Below, piece by piece: positions 20,955-31,292 of a stretch of DNA of 61,933 bases. The stretch lies in the NCBI GenBank assembly GCA_041576165.1, contig JBFGLM010000028.1, positions 1 through 61,933 on the forward strand. Direction: 5' to 3'. The stretch is from Acidimicrobiia bacterium (GTDB lineage: Bacteria; Actinomycetota; Acidimicrobiia; Spongiisociales; Spongiisociaceae). The first letter of the stretch is position 1. Each line of letters starts with the position of its first letter. The position numbers and the translations under genes were made by a program. The notes beneath the pieces were generated by a model. That model was given only the letters and a program-made list of their open reading frames with translations, did no database searches and was not told the origin of the DNA.

Positions 20955-22718
20955 ATGAGAACCTCATTGGATCGACTCAGGAATTGGCGCACGCTGGCGA
21001 TCTTCATCGCGGCATTGTCGTTGGTGGCGACAGCGTGCACGAGTGATGAAGAATCTGCAGATACAACTGCGGCAGCCACCGAGACAACAGCAGCCACCGA
21101 GACAACGGCAGCCACCGAGACAACGGCAGCGACGGAGACAACGGCGGCGGCCGGCGAGGTGAACAATCCCGGCATCTATGTCCACGCCGCGGATGACGAG
21201 CCGCTCAGTATCGACCCGGCCGGGGTTGCCGCCGGCGAAGCCGGGGAGACGGTGATCCTTCAGGTGTATGACCGCCTCGTCGAGATCGGTCCCGGCGGAC
21301 CAGACCTGGTTCCCGGCCTGTCGTCCGAGGTGCCCACCGCAGACAACGGGTTGATCTCCGACGACGGCCTCACATACACGTTCCCGATTCGGGAAGGTGT
21401 TGTGTTCCACGACGGCAGCGAGTTGACCGCCGATGTCGTCAAGTTCAGCTGGGACCGGGTTCTGACCATGGATCTCCCCGAGGGGAACGCCAGCGTCATC
21501 GACGACCTCGTCGACAGCACGAGCGTTGAAGGCAGCAACTTCGTGGTCACGCTGCGAGAGAGAAATGCCGCCTTCCTGAACTCCGTCGTCACGGCTGCGG
21601 TCGCCTCGATCGTGAGCCAGGAAGCCGTGGAAGCGAACGGCGGGGTAGTGGCGGGTCAGCCCAACGACTTCTTCACCGGGAACGCGGTGGGATCGGGTCC
21701 GTACCGGCTGACGGCATGGAACCGGGGCGAGACCATCGAACTCGAGGTGTTCGAGGATTACTGGGGTGAACCCGCCAAGCTAGACGTTCGCATCCAGCAG
21801 GTTCCGGACTCCGATGTGCGAGTGTTGGGCCTACGGGCCGGCGACTTCGACTCGATCGAAACCGACCCCACATTCGTCGCCGATCTGGAAGGCGCTGAGG
21901 GCGTCACTATCTTCCAGGAAGGTTGGCTGCTCGAGCCGGTCCACGTCGGCTTGAACCTCGACATCCAGGAGGATTTGCTGCCGCCCGACGACACCGTCCC
22001 GGCGGACTTCTTCCACGATCCGCGGGTGCGTCGTGCGTTCAATTTCGCCTTCAACTACGACAACTTCTCGGCGGCCCTCCAGGGCCTTGGCGGCCCGATC
22101 CCACATTACCTGCCGCAGGGCATGCTCGGATATGACGAGTCATTGCCCCAGTTCGAAACTGATCTGGCAATGGCCGAGCAGCTCTTCCGGGATACCGGCT
22201 GGTGGGATCAGGGCTTCCGTGCCACCGTGCTGGTCGAGGAGGGCGGTATCTTCGAGACCGCCGGGCTCGTGTTGAAGGACTCGCTGGAGTCGCTCAACCC
22301 GAACTTCCAGATCGATGTGCTGGCTGTTGTCGAGGTCCAGTTCGACGACGCCCACGCGGCGGTCCCGTTCGAGTATCCGATGTGGATCAAGAACGCCGAC
22401 CCGTTCGCCGATCCGGCCGCTTTGTTCGCGGCTTACGTCCACCCGGACGGGGAGTGGGGTGACGTCCACAAGTTCCGCAACGGCTATCAGGACGCCGATC
22501 GGATCGCCTCGCTCATCGACGAGGCAGCGGTGTCCATCGACACCGATCAGCGGGTCGCCAACTACCAGGAAGTGGCGAACATCCTCTTTGAGGATCCGAT
22601 GTGGATCATCCCGGGCAATGAGCGGGCGCTGATGGCCCACCGCAGCTGGGTGCAGAATTTCCAGATGAACCCGCTATGGCCGCGGCCCAGCTTGAAGTTC
22701 GCGCTCTTCGACAAGTAA
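20955..22718 (+). CDS. Opp/Dpp family ABC substrate-binding lipoprotein
   Basis: Lipobox ATAC; YTFPIREGVVFHDGSELTA; GSGPY. Confidence 0.93.
   Translation: MRTSLDRLRNWRTLAIFIAALSLVATACTSDEESADTTAAATETTAATETTAATETTAATETTAAAGEVNNPGIYVHAADDEPLSIDPAGVAAGEAGETVILQVYDRLVEIGPGGPDLVPGLSSEVPTADNGLISDDGLTYTFPIREGVVFHDGSELTADVVKFSWDRVLTMDLPEGNASVIDDLVDSTSVEGSNFVVTLRERNAAFLNSVVTAAVASIVSQEAVEANGGVVAGQPNDFFTGNAVGSGPYRLTAWNRGETIELEVFEDYWGEPAKLDVRIQQVPDSDVRVLGLRAGDFDSIETDPTFVADLEGAEGVTIFQEGWLLEPVHVGLNLDIQEDLLPPDDTVPADFFHDPRVRRAFNFAFNYDNFSAALQGLGGPIPHYLPQGMLGYDESLPQFETDLAMAEQLFRDTGWWDQGFRATVLVEEGGIFETAGLVLKDSLESLNPNFQIDVLAVVEVQFDDAHAAVPFEYPMWIKNADPFADPAALFAAYVHPDGEWGDVHKFRNGYQDADRIASLIDEAAVSIDTDQRVANYQEVANILFEDPMWIIPGNERALMAHRSWVQNFQMNPLWPRPSLKFALFDK
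21070..21147. repeat. 18-bp coding tandem repeat, (AATETT)x4 linker
   Basis: GCAGCCACCGAGACAAC(A/G) units. Confidence 0.85.
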
Positions 22719-22735
22719 CGAGAAGTAGAGGCATA

Positions 22736-22768
22736 GGGTACGCCCGGCCGGTATGGTCGGGCGTACCC
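22736..22768 (+). terminator. Intercistronic stem-loop after the SBP gene
   Basis: GGGTACGCCCGGCC-5 nt-GGTCGGGCGTACCC, no U tract; probably stabilises mRNA or attenuates transcription. Confidence 0.65.
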
Positions 22769-22814
22769 CCGACCCGGCACGGCAATGAAACAGATGGCCG
22801 AATAGGTCCCTACA

Positions 22815-23828
22815 GTGCAGATTCGCGACTACGTCATCCGGCGCTTGTTGATCCTGCCGCTGATCCTGGTGGGCACGTCGATCATCGTGTTCACCCTTGG
22901 CCGGGTCGGCGGGAATCCGATCGCGATCTATCTCGAGCACGAGATGACGCCCGAAGAGGTGGCGCAGATCGAAGAGCGCTACGGGCTCAACGACTCGCTG
23001 CCCGAGCAGTATCTCGCTTGGGTGGGCGGAGTACTTCGAGGCGACCTCGGGTTCTCGGGCGTGTCGGCCGCCCCGGTCATGGACGTTCTGCCGCGTCGCC
23101 TGGCAGCCACCCTCGAGCTATCGATCGCATCGGCGATCGTGGCCGTGTCATTGGGGATCAGTCTCGGTACGTTCGCCGGCGCGCGACGGGACCGCCTGCC
23201 GGATCACATCACGCGCGTCTTCGCGATCAGCGGAGCCGCCACCCCTATCTTCTGGTTTGCGATCGTGATGCTCATCATCTTCTGGGTGTACTTGGGTTGG
23301 TTCCCCGTCGGGCGTTCCGATGCCGAGATCTTCGCGTCGATCCCCCACCCAACCGGGATCTACACGGTCGATGCGCTGCTGGCCGGGAGCTTCACGGCGT
23401 TCCGCGACGCCATCTGGCACCTGGCGCTACCGGCATTGACTCTCGGCTATGGCGCCACTGCGATCATCACACGCATGATGCGCTCCTCACTGGCGGAGGA
23501 GCTGAACGAGGACTACGTGGATGCGGCCCGGGCCAAGGGTCTACCCGAGCGACTCGTGCTCCGTCGCCACGCCAGACGAAACGCTTTGATACCGACGGTC
23601 ACGGTCATCGGGCTCGGCTTCGGATTTCTTCTCCAGGGATCGGTGGTGGTGGAGATCATTTTCATCTGGCCGGGACTGGGACGGTGGATGGCCGACGCAG
23701 TGTTGCGCGGTGACCAGGCCACGATCATGGCCTACGTGCTGTTCACGAGCATCCTATTCCTGGTCGTCAACCTCGTCGTGGACGTGCTGTACGCCTACCT
23801 CGACCGGCGTGTCGTGCTCGGAGGCTGA
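22815..23828 (+). CDS. ABC permease (DppB/OppB family)
   Basis: EDYVDAARAKGL EAA loop; LRGDLG. Confidence 0.93.
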   Translation: MQIRDYVIRRLLILPLILVGTSIIVFTLGRVGGNPIAIYLEHEMTPEEVAQIEERYGLNDSLPEQYLAWVGGVLRGDLGFSGVSAAPVMDVLPRRLAATLELSIASAIVAVSLGISLGTFAGARRDRLPDHITRVFAISGAATPIFWFAIVMLIIFWVYLGWFPVGRSDAEIFASIPHPTGIYTVDALLAGSFTAFRDAIWHLALPALTLGYGATAIITRMMRSSLAEELNEDYVDAARAKGLPERLVLRRHARRNALIPTVTVIGLGFGFLLQGSVVVEIIFIWPGLGRWMADAVLRGDQATIMAYVLFTSILFLVVNLVVDVLYAYLDRRVVLGG

Positions 23829-23830
23829 TC

Positions 23831-24754
23831 ATGGTCGATGCCACTGCGCCAGAACGGCTGCTTCGCCCGGCTTCCGGCCCTTTGGTGGTGCGGCTCCGCC
23901 GCGCCGGGGAGCTCACCCGGGAGGTCCTGCGCAATCCAACGACCCTGGCCGGGCTCATCATCATCCTCGGCCTGATCGGCATGGCCTTGCTGGCTCCCAT
24001 CATCACCGAGCCGAACACGCCCAACGCCTATCAGATGCCGAGAGATTGGGGGGCGCTCAATGCGCCGCCGGGCACGCCCGGCCACCTGTTTGGGACCACC
24101 GGGACCGGCGGCGACGTGCTCTACGGAGTCGTCTGGGGAGCTCGCACCTCTTTGAGGATGTCCATGATCGTGGTGGGGATCACCATGGTCGTCGGCACCA
24201 CCCTGGGCAGCATCGCCGGGTTTGTGGGCGGCAAGGTCGACGAGTTCATCATGCGGATCGTCGACGTCCTCCTCGCCATCCCCGAGCTGATCTTCGCCCT
24301 CGCCATCGCTGCGGTGCTAGGACCATCGTTCGCCAACATCATCTTCGCTCTGACTGTTGTGTTCTGGGTCAAATACGCCAGGATCATCCGCGGCCAGATA
24401 ATCCATGTGAAGCACAATGAGTATGTCGACTCGGCCCGGGTGATAGGCGACTCTCAGTTCAACATCTACCGCAAAGACGTCCTGCCGAACTCGGTCACTC
24501 CGGTCGTGGTGCAGGCCACACTCGACATGGGCAACATCGTGCTGGTGGGTGCCACGCTGAGTTTCATCGGTCTGGCCGAGGCCGGCCTGGCCGAATGGGG
24601 CGTGCTCGTCAGCGAGGGTCAGGCCGGTATCTCGTCCGGTCGCTGGTGGGCGTCGACGATCCCCGGAGCCATGGTGTTCCTGTGGGCGCTCGCCTTCAAC
24701 CTGTTGGGCGACGGCCTGCGGGACGTGCTCGATCCCCGGACGGGGGGTCGATGA
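23831..24754 (+). CDS. ABC permease (DppC/OppC family)
   Basis: HLFGT...WGARTSL; EYVDSARVIG; GDGLRDVLDP. Confidence 0.93.
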   Translation: MVDATAPERLLRPASGPLVVRLRRAGELTREVLRNPTTLAGLIIILGLIGMALLAPIITEPNTPNAYQMPRDWGALNAPPGTPGHLFGTTGTGGDVLYGVVWGARTSLRMSMIVVGITMVVGTTLGSIAGFVGGKVDEFIMRIVDVLLAIPELIFALAIAAVLGPSFANIIFALTVVFWVKYARIIRGQIIHVKHNEYVDSARVIGDSQFNIYRKDVLPNSVTPVVVQATLDMGNIVLVGATLSFIGLAEAGLAEWGVLVSEGQAGISSGRWWASTIPGAMVFLWALAFNLLGDGLRDVLDPRTGGR

Positions 24755-25962
24755 CCACAACGCAGGTGTCGACGGCCAACCGAACCGACGCACTCGTCGC
24801 CTCGGTCGTGGATCTCAAGGTTCATTTTCAGACCAAGGCCGGAGTCCTCCATGCAGTCGACGGCGTTTCGTTCGACATCGCCGACGGTGAGACGCTGGGC
24901 CTCGTAGGCGAGACCGGCTGCGGCAAGAGCGTCACGGCCCGATCTTTCCTGCGGCTCATCCCGACGCCTCCCGGTCGGTATGCCGGTGGAGAGATCCGCT
25001 TCTGGTCCAAAGAGGCTCGCAGTTCCGGTGGCTCGCACATCGATCTCCTGCAGGTCCCAAATGCCGATCTCTTGGACATTCGAGGGAACCGGATCGCGAT
25101 GATCTTTCAGGATCCGGGCAAAGCGCTGAACCCGGCGCTCCCGATCCGCGATCAGGTGGCCGAGGTGTTCTACCAGCATCGCAGTCAGGAGCTGCTGGCC
25201 GGGTGGAATGGGAATCCGCCGATGGCGATCCGGCGGGCCGCTCGTCAACGGACCGGCAAGCTCGAGTGGGCGGCGATGAAGCTCCCCCCGCTGCGCTCAC
25301 ACGCCCGCCGCCTCCGCAGACGCGTCGATGACATGGTTGGTGATGCGCTGGCCGAAACGCAGATCCCCAATCCGCGCAAGATCATGGCCAGCTACCCGCA
25401 CGAGTTGTCGGGCGGCATGAAGCAACGAGTGATGATCGCCCAGGCGCTCGCCTGTAACCCGGACCTCCTCATCGCAGATGAGCCGACCACTGCGCTCGAC
25501 GTCACCATCCAGGCGAGGATTCTCGAATTGATCCGCGAGCTGCAGGATCGCCACCAGACCTCAGTGCTGTACATCAGCCACGACCTCTCGTTGGTGCGGC
25601 GAATCTGCGACCGGATCGCCGTCATGTACGCCGGCCGCATCGCCGAGATCGGCAGCACCCACGAAGTTTTCCACCGGCCGAGACATCCATACACACGCGG
25701 ATTGCTCGGGGCGATCCCATCATTCGCTCATACCCGCGGCCAGCTATCGGCCATCGAGGGCACCGTCCCGGAGCTCATCGCACCGCAGCCGGGATGCCGC
25801 TTCCACACGAGGTGTCCCTACTCGACCGACGTGTGCGCCAGCGTGGATCCGGACCTGCACGGGTCGGCCGGCGGCGGCGTTGCCTGTCATGCCTACGCCA
25901 ATCCGGGGCAGCTCGGGGTCGCTTCCGAGGCCCTACCCCGGCTCGATCGAAGCTCCACGTGA
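24751..25962 (+). CDS. ABC ATPase (DppD/OppD family)
   Basis: [29 protein letters not shown]. Confidence 0.93.
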   Translation: MTTTQVSTANRTDALVASVVDLKVHFQTKAGVLHAVDGVSFDIADGETLGLVGETGCGKSVTARSFLRLIPTPPGRYAGGEIRFWSKEARSSGGSHIDLLQVPNADLLDIRGNRIAMIFQDPGKALNPALPIRDQVAEVFYQHRSQELLAGWNGNPPMAIRRAARQRTGKLEWAAMKLPPLRSHARRLRRRVDDMVGDALAETQIPNPRKIMASYPHELSGGMKQRVMIAQALACNPDLLIADEPTTALDVTIQARILELIRELQDRHQTSVLYISHDLSLVRRICDRIAVMYAGRIAEIGSTHEVFHRPRHPYTRGLLGAIPSFAHTRGQLSAIEGTVPELIAPQPGCRFHTRCPYSTDVCASVDPDLHGSAGGGVACHAYANPGQLGVASEALPRLDRSST

Positions 25963-27320
25963 CCGTACGCGAACCACTACCAGCAGAGCCTGAAATCGGC
26001 CAGGCACCAGTGATCACCCTACGTGGGGTGAAGAAGCACTTTCCCATCCGCGAAGGCGTGCTCCAACAGGTGGTGGGCCACGTCCGCGCCGTCGACGGGG
26101 TCAGCTTCGAAATCCCACGGGGTGAGACGGTCGGTTTGGTCGGGGAGAGCGGGTGCGGCAAGACGACGTTGGGCCGTTGCATTGCCGGCCTCACCGATGT
26201 GACAGATGGCGGCATCTACTTCAGGCTCTCGACCGAGGATCGCGATTTTCTCGACAAGATGGCTGCGATCTCTGAGAGCCAATGGAGCGCGGAACAGAGA
26301 GACCGAGTCGAGAGCATTGAGGGTGCACACCGGATCGACCGGTTGAGCGGGGAGGCATGGCGGACCTACCGGCGCAACTGCCAGTTCGTATTCCAGGACG
26401 CCTTCAGCTCGCTGAACCCGCGCCAGCTCGTCAATGACATTGTCGGGCGGCCGCTCCGCGTCCACAGAGAAGCCTCGGGTTCGGATCTCACCGAGAGAAT
26501 CGTCAACCTGCTCGAGAGTGTGGGACTGGGACGCCAGCATCTCTACCGCTATCCCCACGAGTTCTCGGGTGGACAGCGACAGCGCATCTCGATTGCCCGC
26601 GCACTGGCGCTCGATCCGGAGTTCGTCGTGCTGGACGAGCCCACCAGCGCGCTCGACGTCTCGGTCCAATCACAGATCCTCAACCTCCTCCACCAGCTCC
26701 AGCGGGGCCGGGGGTTGACATATATGTTCATCACTCACGATCTCGGCGTCGTCCGGCTGATGAGCGATCAGATCGTCGTCATGTACCTGGGCGAGGTCGT
26801 GGAGACGACGAGCACGGACGAACTGTTCGCATCGCCCCGCCATCCCTACACGGAAGCTCTGCTCGCGGCCAATCCCGATCTCCTGGAGGGCGACGAGGAC
26901 GCGGAGATGAAAGGACTGGAGGGGACAGTGCCCGATCCGGCCCGTCCTCCTCGTGGCTGCCGATTCCACACCCGCTGCCCCGTGGCAACCCCCTCGTGTG
27001 GCTGGGAGGTGGACGACGCGGTCACATGGTTGGCGGACAATTCCGCAGTGTTGGATGGACTGACCGGCGTGACGCGATCCTCGGACTTCGACGCCGTGCT
27101 CAGCTTCGCCGAGGAGGCATCTGCCGTGGAGGCGGCCTCCCTGCTGGAGGATCCGGCGGTGCCCTCCGCAATGGCCCAGGCGCTCGTCGAGTTGGGACGC
27201 AACGGCCAAAAGCTCAGCGTCCGATTCGAGGAGGTGGACGCGGTGGAACTCGAGGACGTGGGAGGAGGCCACTTGACGTCGTGCATCCTCCACACGTCGA
27301 GGTCTACACGACGGGCCTGA
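25959..27320 (+). CDS. ABC ATPase (DppF/OppF family) with insertions
   Basis: GESGCGKT, FSGGQRQR, LDEPT, CRFHTRC. Confidence 0.92.
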   Translation: MTVREPLPAEPEIGQAPVITLRGVKKHFPIREGVLQQVVGHVRAVDGVSFEIPRGETVGLVGESGCGKTTLGRCIAGLTDVTDGGIYFRLSTEDRDFLDKMAAISESQWSAEQRDRVESIEGAHRIDRLSGEAWRTYRRNCQFVFQDAFSSLNPRQLVNDIVGRPLRVHREASGSDLTERIVNLLESVGLGRQHLYRYPHEFSGGQRQRISIARALALDPEFVVLDEPTSALDVSVQSQILNLLHQLQRGRGLTYMFITHDLGVVRLMSDQIVVMYLGEVVETTSTDELFASPRHPYTEALLAANPDLLEGDEDAEMKGLEGTVPDPARPPRGCRFHTRCPVATPSCGWEVDDAVTWLADNSAVLDGLTGVTRSSDFDAVLSFAEEASAVEAASLLEDPAVPSAMAQALVELGRNGQKLSVRFEEVDAVELEDVGGGHLTSCILHTSRSTRRA

Positions 27321-27344
27321 CCAACGGCCGCAGGCGGCCAGGTG

Positions 27345-27806
27345 TCAGCGGATTGGCGGCGCAACGTCCAGCTGGCGGAGGAGACCCAGCTCGTCCCCGA
27401 AGTACCATGCCTCTTTGATGAAGCCGCCCTCGACTCTCCACAGCGCCACCTCGATCACATCGATCGGCTTACCCGTAGCCGGGATTCCGTACACGGTGCC
27501 CGTGTGAGTGCCAACGATGCGGAATATCCCCCACACCTTGTCATCTTTGCACGTCAGGTCGATGAGGATGTTCTGGCGATCGGCGATCGACTGGTCGTCC
27601 ATGCCGGCCTGGCCTTCGAGACCGAAAAGCTCGCCAATGTGGCTGAAGCCGGCGCGATGACGGACGAAGTCGGGTGCCAGGAACGGCGGACGTTCGGAGA
27701 TCGCGGCGGCGCGATAGCGCGCGACCACGTCGAGGTTGGCCGCCTCCTGCTCCGTACAGGTGCACGTAACCGGTCCGAACATCGAGATGTGCTCGTGATC
27801 TTGCAT
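27345..27806 (-). CDS. SnoaL-like ester cyclase family protein
   Basis: GTHTGTVYGIPATGKPI...DELGLLRQL. Confidence 0.85.
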   Translation of the reverse strand: MQDHEHISMFGPVTCTCTEQEAANLDVVARYRAAAISERPPFLAPDFVRHRAGFSHIGELFGLEGQAGMDDQSIADRQNILIDLTCKDDKVWGIFRIVGTHTGTVYGIPATGKPIDVIEVALWRVEGGFIKEAWYFGDELGLLRQLDVAPPIR

Positions 27807-27976
27807 CGAAGCCTCACGGTTGGGTAACCATCATCTTCGCGTCCCCCGGCGGGCCTCGCGGTCGGGCGCAACGACCCAACGCTGCCAAATCGTCATTCAT
27901 TGCGCCGGGCTGCGTCCTGTGCCGGCAAAAGGCCTCGCCGTGCGGGCAGGTCCGGGCCTGGACATCGGAACGTCGG

Positions 27977-28753
27977 TCAGCTCGGACCGTCGCCGCGGTG
28001 TGCCTCTTCGGTGCGGCGATACAGGTCGCGTAGCACGGCCAGTTCAGGCCCGGTCGGCGCGGGGCTGACCTCCACCTGTTCGGAAATCCGAACCTCCCAG
28101 CCGGTCTCGGCCTGAATCGTGGCGCGGTCGACCCCCGGGTGGATCGACGTCACCACCAGCTCGTTCGTCATGTCATCCGGAGTCATGATGCACAGGTCCG
28201 TGATGACCATCGCCGGGCCGAGCGTCGTGATCCCGAGTCGCTCCCGCTCTGTGCCCGAGCGGCCGAACCCGAGCGAGGTGACGAAATCAACCCGCTCCAC
28301 CAAACCGCGCGGCGTGTGTTTCATCGTGATATACACGCGCCCGCACGAGGTCGCGATCTCCGGCGCCCCGCCGCCGCCCGGCAGCCGCACCTTGGGATCC
28401 CCGTACTCGCCAATGACTGTCGTATTGATGTTCCCGAACCGGTCCATCTGCGCCGCGCCGAGAAACCCTACCGAGATGCGCCCGCCTTGCAGCCAGTATT
28501 GGAACATCTCCGGCACTGAAACGGTCGTTACCGCGGTTTCCGACAGCTCACCGTCCCCGATCGACAATGGCAGGATGTCCGGCTTGGTGCCGATGGTCCC
28601 TGACTCGTAGATCAACGTGATGTTGGGTGCGTGCGTGAGCCGGGCCAGGTTGCACGCAGCGGATGGAGCCCCGATCCCCACGAAACACACGTCGTCATCC
28701 GCCAGCGCCCGGGCGGCCGTGGTGATCATCATCTCGTCGGGGGTGTAGTCCAC
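27977..28753 (-). CDS. pcaJ: 3-oxoadipate CoA-transferase beta subunit (CatJ/GctB type)
   Basis: CFVGIG, IYESG, GFLGAAQMDRFGNIN, RLPGGGGAPEI. Confidence 0.88.
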   Translation of the reverse strand: MDYTPDEMMITTAARALADDDVCFVGIGAPSAACNLARLTHAPNITLIYESGTIGTKPDILPLSIGDGELSETAVTTVSVPEMFQYWLQGGRISVGFLGAAQMDRFGNINTTVIGEYGDPKVRLPGGGGAPEIATSCGRVYITMKHTPRGLVERVDFVTSLGFGRSGTERERLGITTLGPAMVITDLCIMTPDDMTNELVVTSIHPGVDRATIQAETGWEVRISEQVEVSPAPTGPELAVLRDLYRRTEEAHRGDGPS

Positions 28754-28779
28754 CGTTACACCGCCTCCATCACGTTGGA

Positions 28780-29571
28780 CTACATCCAGCTGAGGAATTG
28801 ATCCCGGTCGCGGGCGATCGGGTCCCACGCCTGGTAGAACGCATTGTCACGCGAGTAATAGCCGTGGGCATACGAAGGCCAGGCCCCCCGCTCGGCGACG
28901 GCCACGTACGCGATGGTCCACGCCGGCAACACCGTGCTGTTCGGACTCGGCGGATCGAGGTCGTCGACGATTTCCTCGACCGTCACGACCGCGCGCCGCG
29001 AGGCGAGCACGACCTCTTTCTGGACGCCGATGATGCCCTCGATGAGCACATTGCCGGCACGGTCTGCCCGCTGGGCGTGCACGATGCCCACGTCCGGCCG
29101 GTGTGCCGGCACCGCCGCCAGCATCTCGCCGGTGAAGGGGCATTCGATCCGCTTGATGTTCGGGTTGACGTCGGCGAGTTCGGCGCCGAGGTACCCGCGA
29201 AAGATCGTGGAGGGCAGTCCCGCCGCGCCGGCGGCCCAGGCATTGGCCATGGCCGCATGGCTGTGCTCCTCCAGCTCGATCGGGTTCGGCCAGCCTGCCG
29301 CCACCGCATCCCGCATTCGATGCAGCGATCCCACGCCGGGATTTCCGCCCCAGGAGAACACCATTTTGCGCACGGAGCCCATACCGATCATCTGGTCGTA
29401 GATCAGGTCGGGGGTCATGCGGATCACAGTCAGGTTGCGGCGGCGCTGACGGATGATCTCGTGGCCGGCCGCAAAGGGGATCAGGTGGGTGAATCCTTCG
29501 AGCGCGACCGTGGCGCCGTCGTAGACGGTTGCCGCAATTGCCTCCTGCAAAGAAACGATCTCGGCCCGCAT
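28780..29571 (-). CDS. pcaI: 3-oxoadipate CoA-transferase alpha subunit (CatI/GctA type)
   Basis: EGFTHLIPFAAGHEIIRQ, FSWGGNPGVGSLHR, CPFTGE. Confidence 0.9.
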   Translation of the reverse strand: MRAEIVSLQEAIAATVYDGATVALEGFTHLIPFAAGHEIIRQRRRNLTVIRMTPDLIYDQMIGMGSVRKMVFSWGGNPGVGSLHRMRDAVAAGWPNPIELEEHSHAAMANAWAAGAAGLPSTIFRGYLGAELADVNPNIKRIECPFTGEMLAAVPAHRPDVGIVHAQRADRAGNVLIEGIIGVQKEVVLASRRAVVTVEEIVDDLDPPSPNSTVLPAWTIAYVAVAERGAWPSYAHGYYSRDNAFYQAWDPIARDRDQFLSWM

Positions 29572-30149
29572 CAGACGTCGAAGAACACAGTCTCGTCCTC
29601 ACCCTGGAAGAGGATGTCGAAGCGGTAGGTCGGAATGTCTCCGCCGTCATCCCGCCGGGCGATGATCGTCTCTCGGCGTTCGGCCGGCACGTTTTGGAGG
29701 ATGAGATCCGCCTCGTTCGCCTCCCCCTCGTCGGCGAAGTACATCCGCGTGAACGAATGGTTGAGCATGCCTCGGGCCATGATGACGAGACTCAGGTGTG
29801 GCGCCTGCAACTCGCCTTCCGGATCGGGCACCCGGCCGGGTTTTATCGTTTCGAAGCCGTACATTCCGGTGCTGAATTCGACCGGGAAACGGCCGTAGCC
29901 GGTGAACCCCTCGTCGAGCGGGATATCGGTGCGAGTGTCGGCAGCATGCCGGTAGCGACCGGCTGCATTCGCCTGCCACACCTCGATGAACGCGTCTTCG
30001 ATCTGGTTCCGGTCACCGTCCAGAACCCGGCCTTTCACCCGGATGCGTTCACCCGCGACGGGGGCGTCGGAAACCAGATCCACCCGCTCCAGCTTCATGG
30101 TGTAGAACGGGCCGACCGTCTGAGAAGGTGTCTGTCCAAGTTTGGCCAT
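29571..30149 (-). CDS. pcaG: Protocatechuate 3,4-dioxygenase alpha subunit
   Basis: TPSQTVGPF, EVWQANAAGRY, QAPH, YRFDILFQGEDETVFFD. Confidence 0.95.
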   Translation of the reverse strand: MAKLGQTPSQTVGPFYTMKLERVDLVSDAPVAGERIRVKGRVLDGDRNQIEDAFIEVWQANAAGRYRHAADTRTDIPLDEGFTGYGRFPVEFSTGMYGFETIKPGRVPDPEGELQAPHLSLVIMARGMLNHSFTRMYFADEGEANEADLILQNVPAERRETIIARRDDGGDIPTYRFDILFQGEDETVFFDV

Positions 30150-30871
30150 CAGTGGTCACCATCGGGCGGGGTTGCCAGCTCGCCTCGCAGCACGATGTCC
30201 CAGCGGTAGCCAAGCGCCCAGTCCGGTTTTGTCACCGTGTGGTCGTAGGCCGCCACCAGCCGGTCCCGAGCATGGGGGGCAACGGACTGAAAGATCGGGT
30301 CGTACGCAAACAGCGGATCGTCTGGGAAGTACATCTGGGTGACCAGCCGGGTCGTGAGGGACGGCCCCCATATTGAGAAGTGGATGTGGGCGGGCCGCCA
30401 CGCGTTGGGATGATTTCCCCACGGGTACGGGCCGGGCCGGATTGTCTGGAAGCGATACTCACCCGCCTCGTTGGTTTTGCACTGGCCGATACCGAGGAAG
30501 TTCGGATCGAGCGGCGCGTCGTACTCGACCTCGCGCCAGTGCAAGTAACGGCCGGAGGCGTTGCATTGCCAGAGTTCGATGAGAGTGTCCGGCACGGCGC
30601 TGCCGTTCTCATCCAGCACTCGGCCGGTGACGATTGTGCGGGAGCCGATGGCGGCCCCACCAGTGCCCGCGTTGGTCGTCATGTCGGCATCCTCTGCGTT
30701 GAGCTCACTCCACACGGGTCCCGGCCCGGTGGTCTCGGTGAGTGTCTGAACGATTTGGATCATGTCCTTGGTCGGTGCCCTCTTGACGGTCGAGCGGTAG
30801 TCCGCGTACCGGAAGGGAGGATGGTCGTCGTACGCCCGTGGGCCGTAATGCTTGATCGTCGGATCCGTCAT
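30149..30871 (-). CDS. pcaH: Protocatechuate 3,4-dioxygenase beta subunit
   Basis: GRYLH, PGPYPWGNHPNAWRPAHIHFS, TQMYF. Confidence 0.95.
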   Translation of the reverse strand: MTDPTIKHYGPRAYDDHPPFRYADYRSTVKRAPTKDMIQIVQTLTETTGPGPVWSELNAEDADMTTNAGTGGAAIGSRTIVTGRVLDENGSAVPDTLIELWQCNASGRYLHWREVEYDAPLDPNFLGIGQCKTNEAGEYRFQTIRPGPYPWGNHPNAWRPAHIHFSIWGPSLTTRLVTQMYFPDDPLFAYDPIFQSVAPHARDRLVAAYDHTVTKPDWALGYRWDIVLRGELATPPDGDH

Positions 30872-31251
30872 TCCTCCTCCTCGGTCTGTGCCCCATAGAG
30901 GCGCTTCGCCATCTGGAAAGCCGAGTTTGCGGCCGGCACCCCCGCGTAGACACCTACGTGAAAGAAGACCTCGGCAACATCGCGGGGGGTGGCTCCGGTG
31001 TTTTGGGCCGCTCCGAGGTGTAGCTCGAGCTCGTCGTGTCCCAGTGCGGCCAGGATCGCTATCGTCACCAGGCTCTTCGTCCGGCGATCCAGGTGTTCAC
31101 GGGTCCAGACGCTCCCCCATGCGTTCTCGGTGATCCACCGCTGAAAGTCTCGGTCGAACTCGGTGGCTGCAGCGGCGGCCCGTTCGACATGTTCGTCACC
31201 CAGGACGGCCCGCCTCACTCGCATGCCGGCCTCGTAGTGTTCGTCGCTCAT
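30868..31251 (-). CDS. pcaC: 4-carboxymuconolactone decarboxylase
   Basis: GMRVRRAVLGDEHV...AWGSVW...YAGVPAANSAF. Confidence 0.93.
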   Translation of the reverse strand: MSDEHYEAGMRVRRAVLGDEHVERAAAAATEFDRDFQRWITENAWGSVWTREHLDRRTKSLVTIAILAALGHDELELHLGAAQNTGATPRDVAEVFFHVGVYAGVPAANSAFQMAKRLYGAQTEEEE

Positions 31252-31292
31252 GTTCGGCCTCCCACCGTATCGATCTCAGCCGCAGTGTGCGG

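Noticed and set aside
21070-21147. Regular 18-bp repeats as a possible CRISPR array
   Set aside because: In-frame coding linker with no spacers and no cas genes
28780-28782. Pyrrolysine or genetic-code reassignment of TAG
   Set aside because: Many other genes here end normally in TAG and no pyl genes are present
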